DNA of 64,000 nucleotides from NCBI GenBank assembly GCA_046344715.1, contig JBKDKX010000016.1, positions 74,202 through 138,201 on the forward strand, in the 5' to 3' direction. The notes beneath the pieces were generated by a model. The model was given only the letters and a program-made list of their open reading frames with translations, was not told the origin of the DNA and made no database searches. Position numbers and translations under genes: made by a program. This stretch comes from Alphaproteobacteria bacterium. Lineage in GTDB: Bacteria; Pseudomonadota; Alphaproteobacteria; Rickettsiales; SXRF01. Positions 42,552 through 53,116 of this stretch are shown here, piece after piece. The stretch's first letter is position 1, and each line of letters opens with the position of its first letter.

Positions 42552-42660
42552 TTATCAACCACGCATTTATTGCGTGGTCTGGTTTGCCGTATGCCGTCAT
42601 AAAGACAGCGTAACACTGTGATGGATTACTTCGGATTTACCTCGCAATTACTAATAAAAA

Positions 42661-42697
42661 CAAGCCCCGCTGGGATACTGGCGGGGCTTTTTATTTG
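42661..42697 (+). terminator. Rho-independent terminator
   Basis: aagccccgc-tgggatactg-gcggggctt followed by tttatttg. Confidence 0.75.
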
Positions 42698-42797
42698 TTA
42701 ATCAACATGTTAAAAATGTCAGCGAACTGTAACTTTTGTGTGGGTGGGGTTTGCTGTACTATTCTAAGATAATTTATCTTGGATACCTAGGATACCA

Positions 42798-43085
42798 ATG
42801 TCCAATCGAGCCGACCGTAAAAAAGCAAGAGATCAACTAGTTAGGAAGTTGATGAATCTTGAGCTTCCTCGTTTAGTGGATGGTACTGATACACGTACTG
42901 GAGGAATGCGCATTCCTATCGTTGGAGAGGTTAAGAATTCGTTGGATCATGAAGGCATTACTATAGCGCAGTTATTACAAGCAGGTCTGCTTGTTAGTGG
43001 CACACATCAAATAGATTACAGGGCATTAATCGCGGCTGCGCGTGAGGCCGTCAGTCCTGAATCACCCAAAGGGCGTTCATTTTAA
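42798..43085 (+). CDS. hypothetical protein (95 aa)
   Basis: ORF only. Converges on bioA and overlaps its 3' end by 9 nt. Confidence 0.4.
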   Translation: MSNRADRKKARDQLVRKLMNLELPRLVDGTDTRTGGMRIPIVGEVKNSLDHEGITIAQLLQAGLLVSGTHQIDYRALIAAAREAVSPESPKGRSF

Positions 43086-44327
43086 TACGCTGCGTATTGC
43101 TTCGCAGAGCTTGCTGCATTCTTCCGGTGAAATGGTGAATGCTGGCGTTATATACACAATATCCCCAAACGGGCGAATCCACACACCATGCTCAATAAAT
43201 TTTTGCCGTAGTTCATCTTTCTTAAGCACCCCCGGCTCTAATTGAACTACCCCAATTGCACCCTTCACCCGTACGTCCACCACATGTGGCAATGTGCTGC
43301 AAACTTCCAGCTCTTCGCGCAGTTGCGCTTCAATGGCTTCAACCTGTTTCAGGCGAGGTTCTTTTTCGAAGAGATCCAGCGAAGCATTTGCGGCGGCGCA
43401 GGCGAGAGGGTTTGCCATATAGGTGGGCCCGTGCATGAAAGCGTGGTCGGTATCATCACTTAGAAAAGATGCAAATATTTCCTCACTGGCGAGTGTTGCC
43501 CCCAGCGTGATGGCTCCGCCCGTGAGTGCCTTGCCGAGGCACATGATATCCGGCGTGATGCCTGCCTCATTGACTGCGAACATATTGCCGGTGCGGCCAA
43601 AGCCGGTGGCGATTTCATCGGCAATGAACAATATCCCATGTTTTTTGCAGATGCGGTGTATCTCTGCCAGCACATCGGCGGAGTGGAAAATCATACCACC
43701 TGCACCTTGCACAAGGGGTTCTATAATCACTGCAGCAATAGTATTGTGAAATCCAGCGAGCAGCGAATCAAACTCAGCGAACGCATATTCATCAGTCGGG
43801 ATATCCACCACATACTGTTTTATTACAGCATTGCGGAAGGCTTTGTGCAGTGATTTATCGGGGTCGGACACCGACATCGCACCGGCAGTATCGCCATGGT
43901 AGCCATTATGAAAACATAGGAAGCGATCTTTCTTTGGCTTGCCTTTGTTCTGCCAGTATTGCAGCGCCATCTTCAGGGCAATTTCTACGGCTACTGAGCC
44001 AGAATCTCCAAAAAATACCCGCGGCAGGCCGGTGAGTGTTGCAAGGCGTTTTGCAAGCGTAAGTGCCGGCTCATGGACAAGTCCACCAAACATAACATGT
44101 GGCATTTTCTCAAGCTGTGACTGCATGGATTTGATGATGTGTGGGTGGTTGTAGCCATGGCAGGCTGTCCACCATGAGGCGACGCCGTCTATTAGCTCAC
44201 GCCCATCGGTGAGCTTAATACGTGAGCCTAGCGTGCTAACCACCGCCTGCGGATGCGGCGCGGTTTGCATCTGGGCGTATGGAAGCCATATATGCGGCAG
44301 GCCGGAGTTATACCAATCAGGCTTCAT
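43077..44327 (-). CDS. bioA: adenosylmethionine-8-amino-7-oxononanoate aminotransferase
   Basis: Class III aminotransferase pattern (WWTACHGYNHP, FIADEIATGFGRTG). Lies in the bio cluster. Confidence 0.9.
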   Translation of the reverse strand: MKPDWYNSGLPHIWLPYAQMQTAPHPQAVVSTLGSRIKLTDGRELIDGVASWWTACHGYNHPHIIKSMQSQLEKMPHVMFGGLVHEPALTLAKRLATLTGLPRVFFGDSGSVAVEIALKMALQYWQNKGKPKKDRFLCFHNGYHGDTAGAMSVSDPDKSLHKAFRNAVIKQYVVDIPTDEYAFAEFDSLLAGFHNTIAAVIIEPLVQGAGGMIFHSADVLAEIHRICKKHGILFIADEIATGFGRTGNMFAVNEAGITPDIMCLGKALTGGAITLGATLASEEIFASFLSDDTDHAFMHGPTYMANPLACAAANASLDLFEKEPRLKQVEAIEAQLREELEVCSTLPHVVDVRVKGAIGVVQLEPGVLKKDELRQKFIEHGVWIRPFGDIVYITPAFTISPEECSKLCEAIRSVLK

Positions 44328-44345
44328 GGAAATTGCCTAAAGCGG

Positions 44346-45323
44346 TTATGCTGCACACGCCTTGGATTCTTGCAGTGCCATTGGCTTTATGCCTAGCTTT
44401 TCAAACAGTGCCATGTCTTTATCTGCTTCCGGATTTGCAGTGGTGAGGAGTTTTTCTCCGTAGAAAATAGAATTTGCACCGGCAAAGAAGCATAATGCTT
44501 GTGTCTGCTCATTCATGTTTTCGCGACCTGCAGACAGGCGCACAAAAGACTGCGGCATCATGATGCGTGCCACTGCGATGGTGCGGATAAAATCAAATGC
44601 ATCAAGTTCATCTTTACCGGAAAGTGGTGTGCCTTCCACTTGTACAAGCAAATTGATGGGGACACTTTCGGGATGCTTCGGCATGTTAGCCAGTGTGCGC
44701 AGCAGTTCAGCGCGATCTTCCTCTTTTTCACCCATACCGACAATGCCGCCACAGCAGACATTCATGCCCACATTGCGCACATTTTCAAGTGTGTCAAGCC
44801 TGTCCTGATAAGTGCGGGTGGTGATGATTTCTTTGTAATATGCCTCGGAGGTGTCGAGGTTATGGTTATAATAATCGAGTCCAGCGTTCTTTAATTTTTG
44901 TGCGTGGACGGGGGTGAGCATACCCAGCGTGGCACAGGTTTCCATGCCTAGTGACTTCACACCTTCAATAATCTCCGAGAGGTTTTCAATATCCCGATCT
45001 TTGGGGGAACGCCACGCGGCACCCATGCAGAAACGCGATGCACCGGCGTCCTTCGCCTTTTTAGCTTCAGTCAAAATAGTATTTTTATCCATGAGCTTAC
45101 CGGCTTTTACATCGGTATCGAATTTGGCGCTTTGCGGGCAATAGGCGCAATCTTCCGGGCAACCGCCGGTTTTAATGGAAAGCAGGGTGGATATCTGCAC
45201 GCCATTAGCATCAAAGTGCTGGCGGTGAGTGCTGGCTGCACGGAACAGCAAATCATTAAACGGCAGGGCGAACAGGCCAAGGACTTCTTCCGGCTGCCAA
45301 TCGTGACGAAGGGTTGTATGCAT
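44346..45323 (-). CDS. bioB: biotin synthase
   Basis: Radical [14 protein letters not shown] and YNHNLDTS motifs. The ATG at 45323 is preceded by an AGGTG RBS. Confidence 0.93.
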   Translation of the reverse strand: MHTTLRHDWQPEEVLGLFALPFNDLLFRAASTHRQHFDANGVQISTLLSIKTGGCPEDCAYCPQSAKFDTDVKAGKLMDKNTILTEAKKAKDAGASRFCMGAAWRSPKDRDIENLSEIIEGVKSLGMETCATLGMLTPVHAQKLKNAGLDYYNHNLDTSEAYYKEIITTRTYQDRLDTLENVRNVGMNVCCGGIVGMGEKEEDRAELLRTLANMPKHPESVPINLLVQVEGTPLSGKDELDAFDFIRTIAVARIMMPQSFVRLSAGRENMNEQTQALCFFAGANSIFYGEKLLTTANPEADKDMALFEKLGIKPMALQESKACAA

Positions 45324-45376
45324 AAGGAACACCTATTATAGTGAGTTTCCCTAAGGTTTAACGGATTCTACGGAAA

Positions 45377-46504
45377 ATGCCAGCATTAGACGCGCATTTA
45401 GAGCAAAAATTGAAATTACTCGCAAGTAAGCATTTACTGCGTGAACCTGTAACCACGTCCCGAACCAAGGGGGTGCAGGTGGAGCGCGGTGGCAAAACGC
45501 TTATATCCTTCAGCTGTAATGATTATCTGGGTTTAAGCCACCATCCTGAAGTGATAAAAGCGGCGCAGGAAGCTACTGCCGCATATGGCGCGGGGGCAGG
45601 GGCATCGCGGCTGGTGACAGGTAATTATCCACTGTATGACGAACTTGAAACAATATTGGCAGGCTATAAAGGCACTCAGGCTGCCTGTATTTTTGGCAGC
45701 GGATACCTCGCTAATCTTGGAACTATTCCGGCGCTTGTAAGTGCGGGCGATCTCATTATCGCTGATAAACTCTCGCATGCTTGCATGTTGGATGCCGCGC
45801 GATTATCCGGCGCGACACTTATGCGTTTTGCTCATAATAATATACCCCACCTGCGTATGCTGCTTTCTGCCAATCGCACCGAGCACCATAACTGCCTCAT
45901 CATCACTGAAACCATTTTTAGTATGGATGGCGATGCTGCACCCATTCCTGAACTATACCAGCTTGCCGAGGAATATGACGCATGGCTGATGACCGATGAT
46001 GCGCATGGGCTTGGCATTATATCGTCGCAAAAAGCACATATCCAGATGGGTACGCTTTCCAAAGCGGCAGGTAGCTATGGGGGGTATGTGTGCGGATCAA
46101 AAACTGTGATTGATTATATCAAAACCTCCGCCCGCAGCCTGATTTACTCCACTGGCCTGCCACCCGCATCTTTAGCCGTATCCATCGCAGCACTAAAGCT
46201 GATGAAGAATGATAAAACATTAGGTGAAAAAGCATTGGAAAATGCCCGCTATTTTACCGCGCTGCTTGGATTGCCGGACGCACAAAGCACCATTGTACCA
46301 GTCATAGTGAAAGAAAATGAAAAGGCACTGGAACTTTCTACAAAGTTGGAAGATCAGGGTTTTCTGGTATCGGCCATTCGCCCGCCCACAGTGCCAGAAC
46401 ATACCGCGCGGTTGCGCTTTACTTTTTCGGCATTGCATGAAAAGCACCAGATTGAGGCCGTGGCCAATATTCTTAAATCAGAAGGCATACCATGCGCATC
46501 ATGA
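45377..46504 (+). CDS. bioF: 8-amino-7-oxononanoate synthase
   Basis: Alpha-oxoamine synthase pattern (SCNDYLGLS, MGTLSKAAG PLP-lysine context). Divergent from bioB. Confidence 0.9.
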   Translation: MPALDAHLEQKLKLLASKHLLREPVTTSRTKGVQVERGGKTLISFSCNDYLGLSHHPEVIKAAQEATAAYGAGAGASRLVTGNYPLYDELETILAGYKGTQAACIFGSGYLANLGTIPALVSAGDLIIADKLSHACMLDAARLSGATLMRFAHNNIPHLRMLLSANRTEHHNCLIITETIFSMDGDAAPIPELYQLAEEYDAWLMTDDAHGLGIISSQKAHIQMGTLSKAAGSYGGYVCGSKTVIDYIKTSARSLIYSTGLPPASLAVSIAALKLMKNDKTLGEKALENARYFTALLGLPDAQSTIVPVIVKENEKALELSTKLEDQGFLVSAIRPPTVPEHTARLRFTFSALHEKHQIEAVANILKSEGIPCAS

Positions 46505-47178
46505 CACTTTCTGGCTGGGGGCAGCCATATGATGCGCTTATGGAGGCTTTTCCGGATTCTACCCCTATAGGGTATGCACATTATCCATCCATGCAGCAGG
46601 CAATGGAAGAAATTGCAGTAGCAGCAAAGAGCCACGATGTGGTGGTTGGCTGGTCCCTCGGCGGCAGGCTGGCGGCACAGGCAACACTTGCTGGTTTAAT
46701 GAGGCCAAAGAAACTGGTGCTGATTGCGTCAGCATTCCAGTTTGCAAAATCCGCTGAACTTCCGATGGGTATATCGCAGGATCAGCATGATAAATTCCGT
46801 GATAATTACCGGCGTAATTCGCGTCGTGCTATCGATAAAGGTTGGGAATTGATTATAAAAGATGATAAATATGCAGAACGTATCCGTGCGCGCTTTACTG
46901 ATGCAGCAAAACAATCGGTACTGAATGGTATTGATTGGCTGCGCTGGCTGGATGATTTGAATGGATTTACATTCCACGGTAAAAACCTTGAAGATATACC
47001 CCCCACGCTACTGATTCATGGAACAAATGACGCAATTGTGTATCCAGAGCAGTCACAGCATTTTGCCAGTTTGTTGCCACAGGCAAAGCTGGTGATGCTT
47101 GAAGATTGTGGTCATGCACCACACTGGCATAATCCAGAATTCGTACGGGATACCGTAAGGGAGTTTATTCGTGTTTGA
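46492..47178 (+). CDS. bioH: pimeloyl-ACP methyl ester esterase (alpha/beta hydrolase, BioH-like)
   Basis: Nucleophile elbow GWSLGG and C-terminal DCGHAPH. Overlaps bioF and bioC within the operon. Confidence 0.75.
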   Translation: MRIMTLSGWGQPYDALMEAFPDSTPIGYAHYPSMQQAMEEIAVAAKSHDVVVGWSLGGRLAAQATLAGLMRPKKLVLIASAFQFAKSAELPMGISQDQHDKFRDNYRRNSRRAIDKGWELIIKDDKYAERIRARFTDAAKQSVLNGIDWLRWLDDLNGFTFHGKNLEDIPPTLLIHGTNDAIVYPEQSQHFASLLPQAKLVMLEDCGHAPHWHNPEFVRDTVREFIRV

Positions 47179-47947
47179 TAATATCGCTATACAGGATGCA
47201 TTCGGGCGTGCGGCTGCGCATTATGATGAGCACGCGCAGCTACAGCGCATGGTGCGAAGCTATGCTACATCCATTGCGCTGCAATACTGGCCAAAGGCTG
47301 GATTGATACTGGATGCAGGCTGCGGTACGGGGGTATTTGCGACCGAGCTTAAAGGTCAAAGGCCTGCCTTGTCGGTGGTCGGATTTGATATATCATCAGG
47401 CATGTGCGCGCAGGCAGTAAAAAACAACCATCGCTGCGTGAGTGCAGATGCACGCCACATTCCGTTTGCATCTAATAGCTTTGACGCCATCTTTTCATCC
47501 CTCATGTTGCAATGGGTGGAGGATACAAGATCGGCATTTGTCGAGATGCATCGCATATTAAAGCAAGGACGGGTAGCTGTGATTGCTACGCTTGCCGATG
47601 GCACACTACACGAGTTGAAAGAAGCATTCGCAGCGGTGGATGATAAGCCACATGTTAGTGATTTTTATTCACCGCATACATTGATTGAATCCGCAGAAAT
47701 GGCTGGGTTCTCGCTGGCAGTTGCCAAGCAGGATAAAATAGTGGAATACTATCCGGATACGATTGCGCTGATGCGTTCGCTTCAGGCAATCGGCGCAACC
47801 AACAAGCATACAGCGCGCAGTAAAGGGCTCATGACGGCAGCAAAATTCACCACGCTTGAAAAAGCTTATCGGCAGCTGGCACATGCGGAAGGTCTGCCTT
47901 CCACATGGCATATACTTACTCTTGTGCTACGGAAAGAATCTTTATGA
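47171..47947 (+). CDS. bioC: malonyl-ACP O-methyltransferase
   Basis: SAM-binding LDAGCGTG motif. N-terminal FGRAAAHYDEHAQLQR is typical of BioC. Confidence 0.85.
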   Translation: MFDNIAIQDAFGRAAAHYDEHAQLQRMVRSYATSIALQYWPKAGLILDAGCGTGVFATELKGQRPALSVVGFDISSGMCAQAVKNNHRCVSADARHIPFASNSFDAIFSSLMLQWVEDTRSAFVEMHRILKQGRVAVIATLADGTLHELKEAFAAVDDKPHVSDFYSPHTLIESAEMAGFSLAVAKQDKIVEYYPDTIALMRSLQAIGATNKHTARSKGLMTAAKFTTLEKAYRQLAHAEGLPSTWHILTLVLRKESL

Positions 47948-48648
47948 ACCATTATTTTATTACGGCATCTGGTACAGACGTGGGTAAGACACTGGTAACG
48001 ACTGCGCTATGCTGGCAGCTGCGCCAGCAGGGCAAGAAAGTAACAGCATTAAAGCCAGTTGCCACTGGTTTCAGCGCAGCTGATGAACATAGCGATTCGG
48101 CGCTTATTTTAAAAAGTTGTGGGCTTACACCAACGCCTTCGATGATAGAAACGATTACCCCGTGGCGGTATGCAGCCTATCTTACGCCCAGTATGGCGGC
48201 GCCGCAAGAGCGCGATCAGGTAGATTTCAGTAAGTTGATTGGCTACTGCAAAGATCACACCAATCTGGAATCCGATGTGGTGCTAGTGGAGGGCGTGGGC
48301 GGTATTATGGCGCCAATGACAGAAAGCAAAACGGTACTTGACTGGATGAAGCAACTGCGCTGGCCGGTGATACTGGTGGGGGGTACCTATCTTGGTTCCA
48401 TCAGCCACACGCTTTCTTCCTATGAAGCATTGAAGGCGCATAATGTGCAGGTGCGCGCAATTATTCTCAGTGAATCAGAAAGAAGTACCGTGCCAATCAA
48501 TGATACGGTTGCGGCGTTGCAGGCATTTGTGAATCCGGATATGCCGGTTGTAAAAATTCCTCGTATTCAGTCACATCAGGAATTATGGCAACATGCACCA
48601 CTTATTAGCTGGCTGGTGAGTGATGAAAAATATACGGGGGTAATGTAA
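47944..48648 (+). CDS. bioD: dethiobiotin synthase
   Basis: MNHYFITASGTDVGKT P-loop. The ATG overlaps the bioC stop (ATGA). Confidence 0.9.
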   Translation: MNHYFITASGTDVGKTLVTTALCWQLRQQGKKVTALKPVATGFSAADEHSDSALILKSCGLTPTPSMIETITPWRYAAYLTPSMAAPQERDQVDFSKLIGYCKDHTNLESDVVLVEGVGGIMAPMTESKTVLDWMKQLRWPVILVGGTYLGSISHTLSSYEALKAHNVQVRAIILSESERSTVPINDTVAALQAFVNPDMPVVKIPRIQSHQELWQHAPLISWLVSDEKYTGVM

Positions 48649-49229
48649 TGTTTGGCATGGCAGGTCTTGGCTTTCGCAGGCCTACGGAAGAAGAAAAAAA
48701 ATATGGCAATTTTAACCGCCGTATGCTGGCGGCAACGTTGGATTTTGCCATTATCGGTATTGTTATTGCGCCATTGCTTGATATGTTTTTTGGTAATGTA
48801 ACTATTGATTTTCATGCTCTTCAGGCCAAAATGGCAGCCTCTGCAGATGAGGCTGAGAGAGCACGTATATTTCGCGAATATATTGTGGAATCTGGTGCGT
48901 TGGAACGCTGGGTTGAGAACATGAGCAAGCAGTTTTCCATATTATTTGTATTGGTTGCATTTTGCTGGCACTTCTGGGCGGCGACACCAGGAAAAATGAT
49001 AACACGCATGAAAATTGTAGATGCGAAAACTGGTGAAAAAATTTCTGATACGCAGATACTGCTCCGGCTTGCGGGTTATGTTATATCTACGTTATGTTTT
49101 CTGATAGGGTTTTTCTGGATTGGTATTGATAAGCGAAAACAGGGTTGGCACGATAAGTTTGCAGGGACTGTGGTAAAAACAATTCCCTGGAAAAAACCTA
49201 CACCAGACTCGAAAGCTGCTGATCAGTAA
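48648..49229 (+). CDS. RDD family membrane protein
   Basis: NRRMLAATLDFAIIG... and ...KRKQGWHDKFAGTVV, characteristic of RDD domains. Confidence 0.75.
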   Translation: MFGMAGLGFRRPTEEEKKYGNFNRRMLAATLDFAIIGIVIAPLLDMFFGNVTIDFHALQAKMAASADEAERARIFREYIVESGALERWVENMSKQFSILFVLVAFCWHFWAATPGKMITRMKIVDAKTGEKISDTQILLRLAGYVISTLCFLIGFFWIGIDKRKQGWHDKFAGTVVKTIPWKKPTPDSKAADQ

Positions 49230-49692
49230 GATTTCCTGGCACCATTAATATAGGTGTCAGTAGCTTGTGGCCAAGCTGGCTTGCCAGCCATGCCATAAGT
49301 TTGCCGCGGCTATTACTTTGCAGTGCAATGCCCATCACCAGCATAATGATATCATGGTCATCCATGGCGGCCGCTACAATTTCATCGCCGGTTATACCCT
49401 CCCGTAGTATCATGCCTGGGGTTATACCATGCTCCGCGCTCGCTTCATCGGCGAGTTGTTTAAGTAAAGCCTCTCCTTCCTGCCTGCGTTCTTCCTTCAT
49501 GCGATCGGCAATGGCACCCAGAGTCTGGAAATCTGCAGGTGATACAACGTGTAACATGTCCACGGTACCTTTGCGTTCTATGGCCTTCATGCAGGCTAGT
49601 TTGAGTGCCACGCGGGATTCAATGCGCGCATCCACACATACAAGATATTTCGGTGATTTTAGTACTTTATCTGTAGCAAGTGAGGTGCTCAT
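49198..49692 (-). CDS. universal stress protein family
   Basis: YLVCVD...VDMLHVV...MGIALQSNSRGKLM...PILMVPG follows the Usp fold pattern. Start trimmed to the ATG at 49692. Confidence 0.75.
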   Translation of the reverse strand: MSTSLATDKVLKSPKYLVCVDARIESRVALKLACMKAIERKGTVDMLHVVSPADFQTLGAIADRMKEERRQEGEALLKQLADEASAEHGITPGMILREGITGDEIVAAAMDDHDIIMLVMGIALQSNSRGKLMAWLASQLGHKLLTPILMVPGNLTDQQLSSLV

Positions 49693-49705
49693 TATAAAAA
49701 CTCCA

Positions 49706-50443
49706 TTACTTTTTCTCAAACAGGCGGCCACCAAACCACCCGGCTGACAGTGCTATGAGGACGGCGGTAATACCATATAAAAAAGGATGATTATGTGCGT
49801 AATTGTATACGAAAGCATCAATGCCCGTTTTCATTACTTTAATAGGTGTGGACTGCATACCAACAATATCCCCTTCACTAATAAGATATATTTCTGCAGT
49901 GTAATTACCGGATGGAATATTATCTGGAAATTCAATGACGGTCTTGAATAAGGTTTCACCCATAAAACTGATTGGTTGTGGGTTGGTTATATACAGGTTG
50001 CGGTTGCGCTGGTGCTGCATGAAGGCTTCTGAAAAGCCCTTGAATTTCTCCGGATTATTCAGACCACTGGGTGCTTTGAGTAATTGCGTTTCTCCGATAC
50101 CTAATTTCTGAAACACGCCAAACTCAGCAATATCATCCAGTGGTTTGCTGCTTGCGATTGCATAATAATCAGGCACGTTAAAGAATTTCATGCGCTCGCG
50201 GTTTATCCATATACCCAGTAGGGGTTCTTTTTTACGTACGATATAATTTTTATCGGGTCCGCGCACCGCAACCACTACATCGCCGCTCTCATTGCGCGTG
50301 CCAAATAGAAACATACGTGTTCCATTAAAACTGGAATCCATATGGATACGATAATTGGATAGGTCGGCAACCAGTGGTGTTGCAGAGGCAGAGCATACTA
50401 AAGCAAACAATAGTGATATGCCAATGAGTAGTTTTCTAATCAT
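49706..50443 (-). CDS. TIGR02186-like conserved alphaproteobacterial membrane protein
   Basis: Signal peptide plus a C-terminal TM. Overlaps and follows the TauE/SafE gene, the usual pairing for TIGR02186. Assignment rests on context and pattern. Confidence 0.6.
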   Translation of the reverse strand: MIRKLLIGISLLFALVCSASATPLVADLSNYRIHMDSSFNGTRMFLFGTRNESGDVVVAVRGPDKNYIVRKKEPLLGIWINRERMKFFNVPDYYAIASSKPLDDIAEFGVFQKLGIGETQLLKAPSGLNNPEKFKGFSEAFMQHQRNRNLYITNPQPISFMGETLFKTVIEFPDNIPSGNYTAEIYLISEGDIVGMQSTPIKVMKTGIDAFVYNYAHNHPFLYGITAVLIALSAGWFGGRLFEKK

Positions 50444-51344
50444 CGAGTACGCTCACACTGTATATATTGTCTGGTGGCGTAAACAGGTTAAATGCAAGTT
50501 TTGTTGCAAGCACGATAACCATCAGCGCTAGCAATCCACGTAGATATTCTGCTGGCAGCTTTGTGCTGAGCGAGCTGCCAAATTGCGCGCCAAATACCGC
50601 ACCGGTGAGTAGCAGCAGCGCAAGTATGACGTCGACTGTTTGGGTGGTAATGGCTTGTAGCAATGTGACATTGGCAGTAATAAAAATAATCTGAAACAGC
50701 GAAGTGCCAATGACGATGCTGGTGGGCATACCGAGCAGGTAAATCATCGCAGGAATTAGGAAAAAGCCGCCACCAATACCCATGAGCGATACCATGATGC
50801 CGACAAAAAAGCCAATGCATACTGGCATGATGGCACTGATTTCAATCTTTGAACGCGGGAACAAAACCTTGAATGGAAGCTGGTGAGCAAGGCGCGCTGT
50901 TTCGGCAGCAGCTGATTTTTTTTGCACTTTAAGAATGCTTCGTATGCTTTCGCCTGCCATCATGGCGCCGATAACACCAAGGAAGCTTACATAAGATACA
51001 GAAATAATCAGGTCTATCTGGCCAATGTCTTTAAGCCATCGGAAGAGGCCTACTCCGAGCGTTGAACCGACAAAGCCACCTGCCAGTAAAAAGCCACCCA
51101 TTTTGAAATCCACATTTCCGCGCCGCCAGTGTCCCATAAAGCCAGAAAGGGACGATGCGACAATCTGGTTGGCTGCGGATGCAACAGAAACAGTAGGTGG
51201 CACGCCTATAAACATAAGTAATGGTGTAATTAAGAAGCCACCACCAACACCGAATAAACCAGACAAAACACCTGTAACCGCCCCTAATCCAAGAATCAGG
51301 AAGATATTGACTGACATCTCGGCAATGGGGAGATAGATATTCAT
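50436..51344 (-). CDS. sulfite exporter TauE/SafE family permease
   Basis: Polytopic protein with repeated G-rich helices (GVGGGFLITPLL, GIGGGFFLIPAM). Confidence 0.85.
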   Translation of the reverse strand: MNIYLPIAEMSVNIFLILGLGAVTGVLSGLFGVGGGFLITPLLMFIGVPPTVSVASAANQIVASSLSGFMGHWRRGNVDFKMGGFLLAGGFVGSTLGVGLFRWLKDIGQIDLIISVSYVSFLGVIGAMMAGESIRSILKVQKKSAAAETARLAHQLPFKVLFPRSKIEISAIMPVCIGFFVGIMVSLMGIGGGFFLIPAMIYLLGMPTSIVIGTSLFQIIFITANVTLLQAITTQTVDVILALLLLTGAVFGAQFGSSLSTKLPAEYLRGLLALMVIVLATKLAFNLFTPPDNIYSVSVLDD

Positions 51345-51354
51345 CGGCCGTTAC

Positions 51355-51975
51355 TTAGGGATTATGTGAAAAGCTGATATAGCCTGACATGAACATAAAC
51401 ATGTTCTTTTCAAGTTGGGCATTAATCAGCGTCATGAGCTCGGTAATCATCTTGCGGAAGGCCTCTTCACGTTCCTGTACGGTTGCACTCTCATTTATTA
51501 CAACGGTGCGTGATGCTTTTGCATTCACGTTAGCTGCAGACATAGCGCTGCCGGATTCATCATAGATACGCATCTCAACTTCCAGATAGGCTTCATATTT
51601 CTTATCAGGTTCGCCAGTAAAGAAGCCGCCAATGCCGCTTTGTTTAGGAAGTTCGGTGGCAGTTACCGCGCCATTTTTGATGATAACTTCCATGCGGTTT
51701 TCAAGCCCAACAGCACGCAGGCGCTGCTTGACCCAGATATCCATAGTCTCGGCTGGAGAATAGGGAATCCGATGCTCAACATAGGGTGGTACCATCGGAG
51801 ATTTATACTCCTCGATGACATCAATTTTTGAGACGGCCATGTGAATCGGCAGGTACTGCTTGAATGCGATTGGCTGGCGTTCAATATAAGGAGCACTCTC
51901 CTGGCATGATGTAAGGAAACAGATTGCCAGTGTAAGATACACGAACGATTGTTTTTTTAGTGTTACAGTAAACAT
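51355..51975 (-). CDS. hypothetical lipoprotein
   Basis: Lipobox FLTSC after the start MFTVTLKK. No recognisable domain. Confidence 0.5.
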   Translation of the reverse strand: MFTVTLKKQSFVYLTLAICFLTSCQESAPYIERQPIAFKQYLPIHMAVSKIDVIEEYKSPMVPPYVEHRIPYSPAETMDIWVKQRLRAVGLENRMEVIIKNGAVTATELPKQSGIGGFFTGEPDKKYEAYLEVEMRIYDESGSAMSAANVNAKASRTVVINESATVQEREEAFRKMITELMTLINAQLEKNMFMFMSGYISFSHNP

Positions 51976-52026
51976 AATAAATACCTCGATAAATTTTTTC
52001 AGCATCATAACAAAACTGCGCAGATT

Positions 52027-52665
52027 TCAAAGCATGGATTTGTCTTTGACTTTTGGCATGGTGATATCTGGTGGACGGATGTAAAATGGCGACAGCGGTG
52101 TTGCAGAAGTGCTTGCGGCTGCAAGTGCTGCAAGATTGTCTGCCCGCGGAAATGCTTTGATAATATTCTCTCCATCGATATTACCGACCCATTGCGCGTT
52201 TGCCTGCGCCGCATTAGCAGCTTTTTCTGGCGATGCAACTTGAGCGGTATCAATGGCATTCCAGTATGGCTCTACAGAAAATCCCTGAAAATACCACTCG
52301 CCTTTACCTGCATTCAGCACAGCAAAAATATTTTTATGTGTATCTTTCAAGCCATATGCAACCACGTCCAGTGTAGTAAAACCGAGGCCATGAATGCCTG
52401 CGGCATAAGCAATGCCACGCGCGGTGGCGAGCCCTATGCGTATGCCGGTGAAGCTGCCCGGGCCGGTGGTGCAGGCGACGGCGGTTAAATCCTTATAGGT
52501 TAGCTGTGCTTGTCTCAGTACATCTTCAATGAGCGGTACAAGGCGCGAAGACTGGATGGTAGGGCGTAAATCCTCAGCATAGCCAGCAATTGCGCCATTT
52601 TTCCACACGGCAGCGCTGCATGGGCCGGTGGCGCAATCAATGGCTAAAATGTATTTATCTTGCAT
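52027..52665 (-). CDS. tsaB: tRNA threonylcarbamoyladenosine biosynthesis protein TsaB
   Basis: ILAIDCATGPCSAAV and GPGSFTGIRIGLATARG motifs. Start trimmed to the ATG at 52665. Confidence 0.85.
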   Translation of the reverse strand: MQDKYILAIDCATGPCSAAVWKNGAIAGYAEDLRPTIQSSRLVPLIEDVLRQAQLTYKDLTAVACTTGPGSFTGIRIGLATARGIAYAAGIHGLGFTTLDVVAYGLKDTHKNIFAVLNAGKGEWYFQGFSVEPYWNAIDTAQVASPEKAANAAQANAQWVGNIDGENIIKAFPRADNLAALAAASTSATPLSPFYIRPPDITMPKVKDKSML

Positions 52666-52716
52666 TGTTTGACGAAGTCCAAATAAACATATAATAATAC
52701 GGGACTTACATAAACT

Positions 52717-53058
52717 ATGATGGTTACTGATACAATGCTTAGTCAGAAAAAATGTGCCCCATGCGCGCCTGGTACAGATCCTATCCATCCGGATACTGCA
52801 AAATCCCTGTTGATTGAAATTCCTGGTTGGGAGCTGGCTATAGAAGGTCGAGCTATTCGCCGCCGCTTCCAGTTCAAGGATTTTATGAGCGCATTGGCAT
52901 TTGTTCAGAAACTGGCTCCAGTTGCGGAGGCGGAAGGGCATCATCCTGATATTATGCTTGGTTGGGGGTATGTGGAATGCGTGTTATGGACGCACAGCAT
53001 TACCGGCCTGCACCAGAATGATTTTATAATGGCGAGTAAAATCAATGAGTTGGCGTAG
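52717..53058 (+). CDS. phhB: 4a-hydroxytetrahydrobiopterin (pterin-4-alpha-carbinolamine) dehydratase
   Basis: AEGHHPD motif; 113 aa. Confidence 0.85.
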   Translation: MMVTDTMLSQKKCAPCAPGTDPIHPDTAKSLLIEIPGWELAIEGRAIRRRFQFKDFMSALAFVQKLAPVAEAEGHHPDIMLGWGYVECVLWTHSITGLHQNDFIMASKINELA

Positions 53059-53116
53059 TAGTGCTGAAATCATTGAATTCACCTGGTAAAATGCTTTAGA
53101 ATACAAGCATATCTTA

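Noticed and set aside
45333-45376. BirA/BioR operator in the 44-bp divergent bioB/bioF promoter gap
   Set aside because: There is only a partial TTATAGTGA match to the BioR TTATMKATAA box and no clear dyad, which is not enough to call.
52666-52944. 93-codon N-terminal extension of the tsaB ORF
   Set aside because: The conserved TsaB N-terminus (ILAIDCATGP) begins right after the ATG at 52665. The extension overlaps the phhB start region on the other strand and looks non-protein-like (C/H/R-rich).
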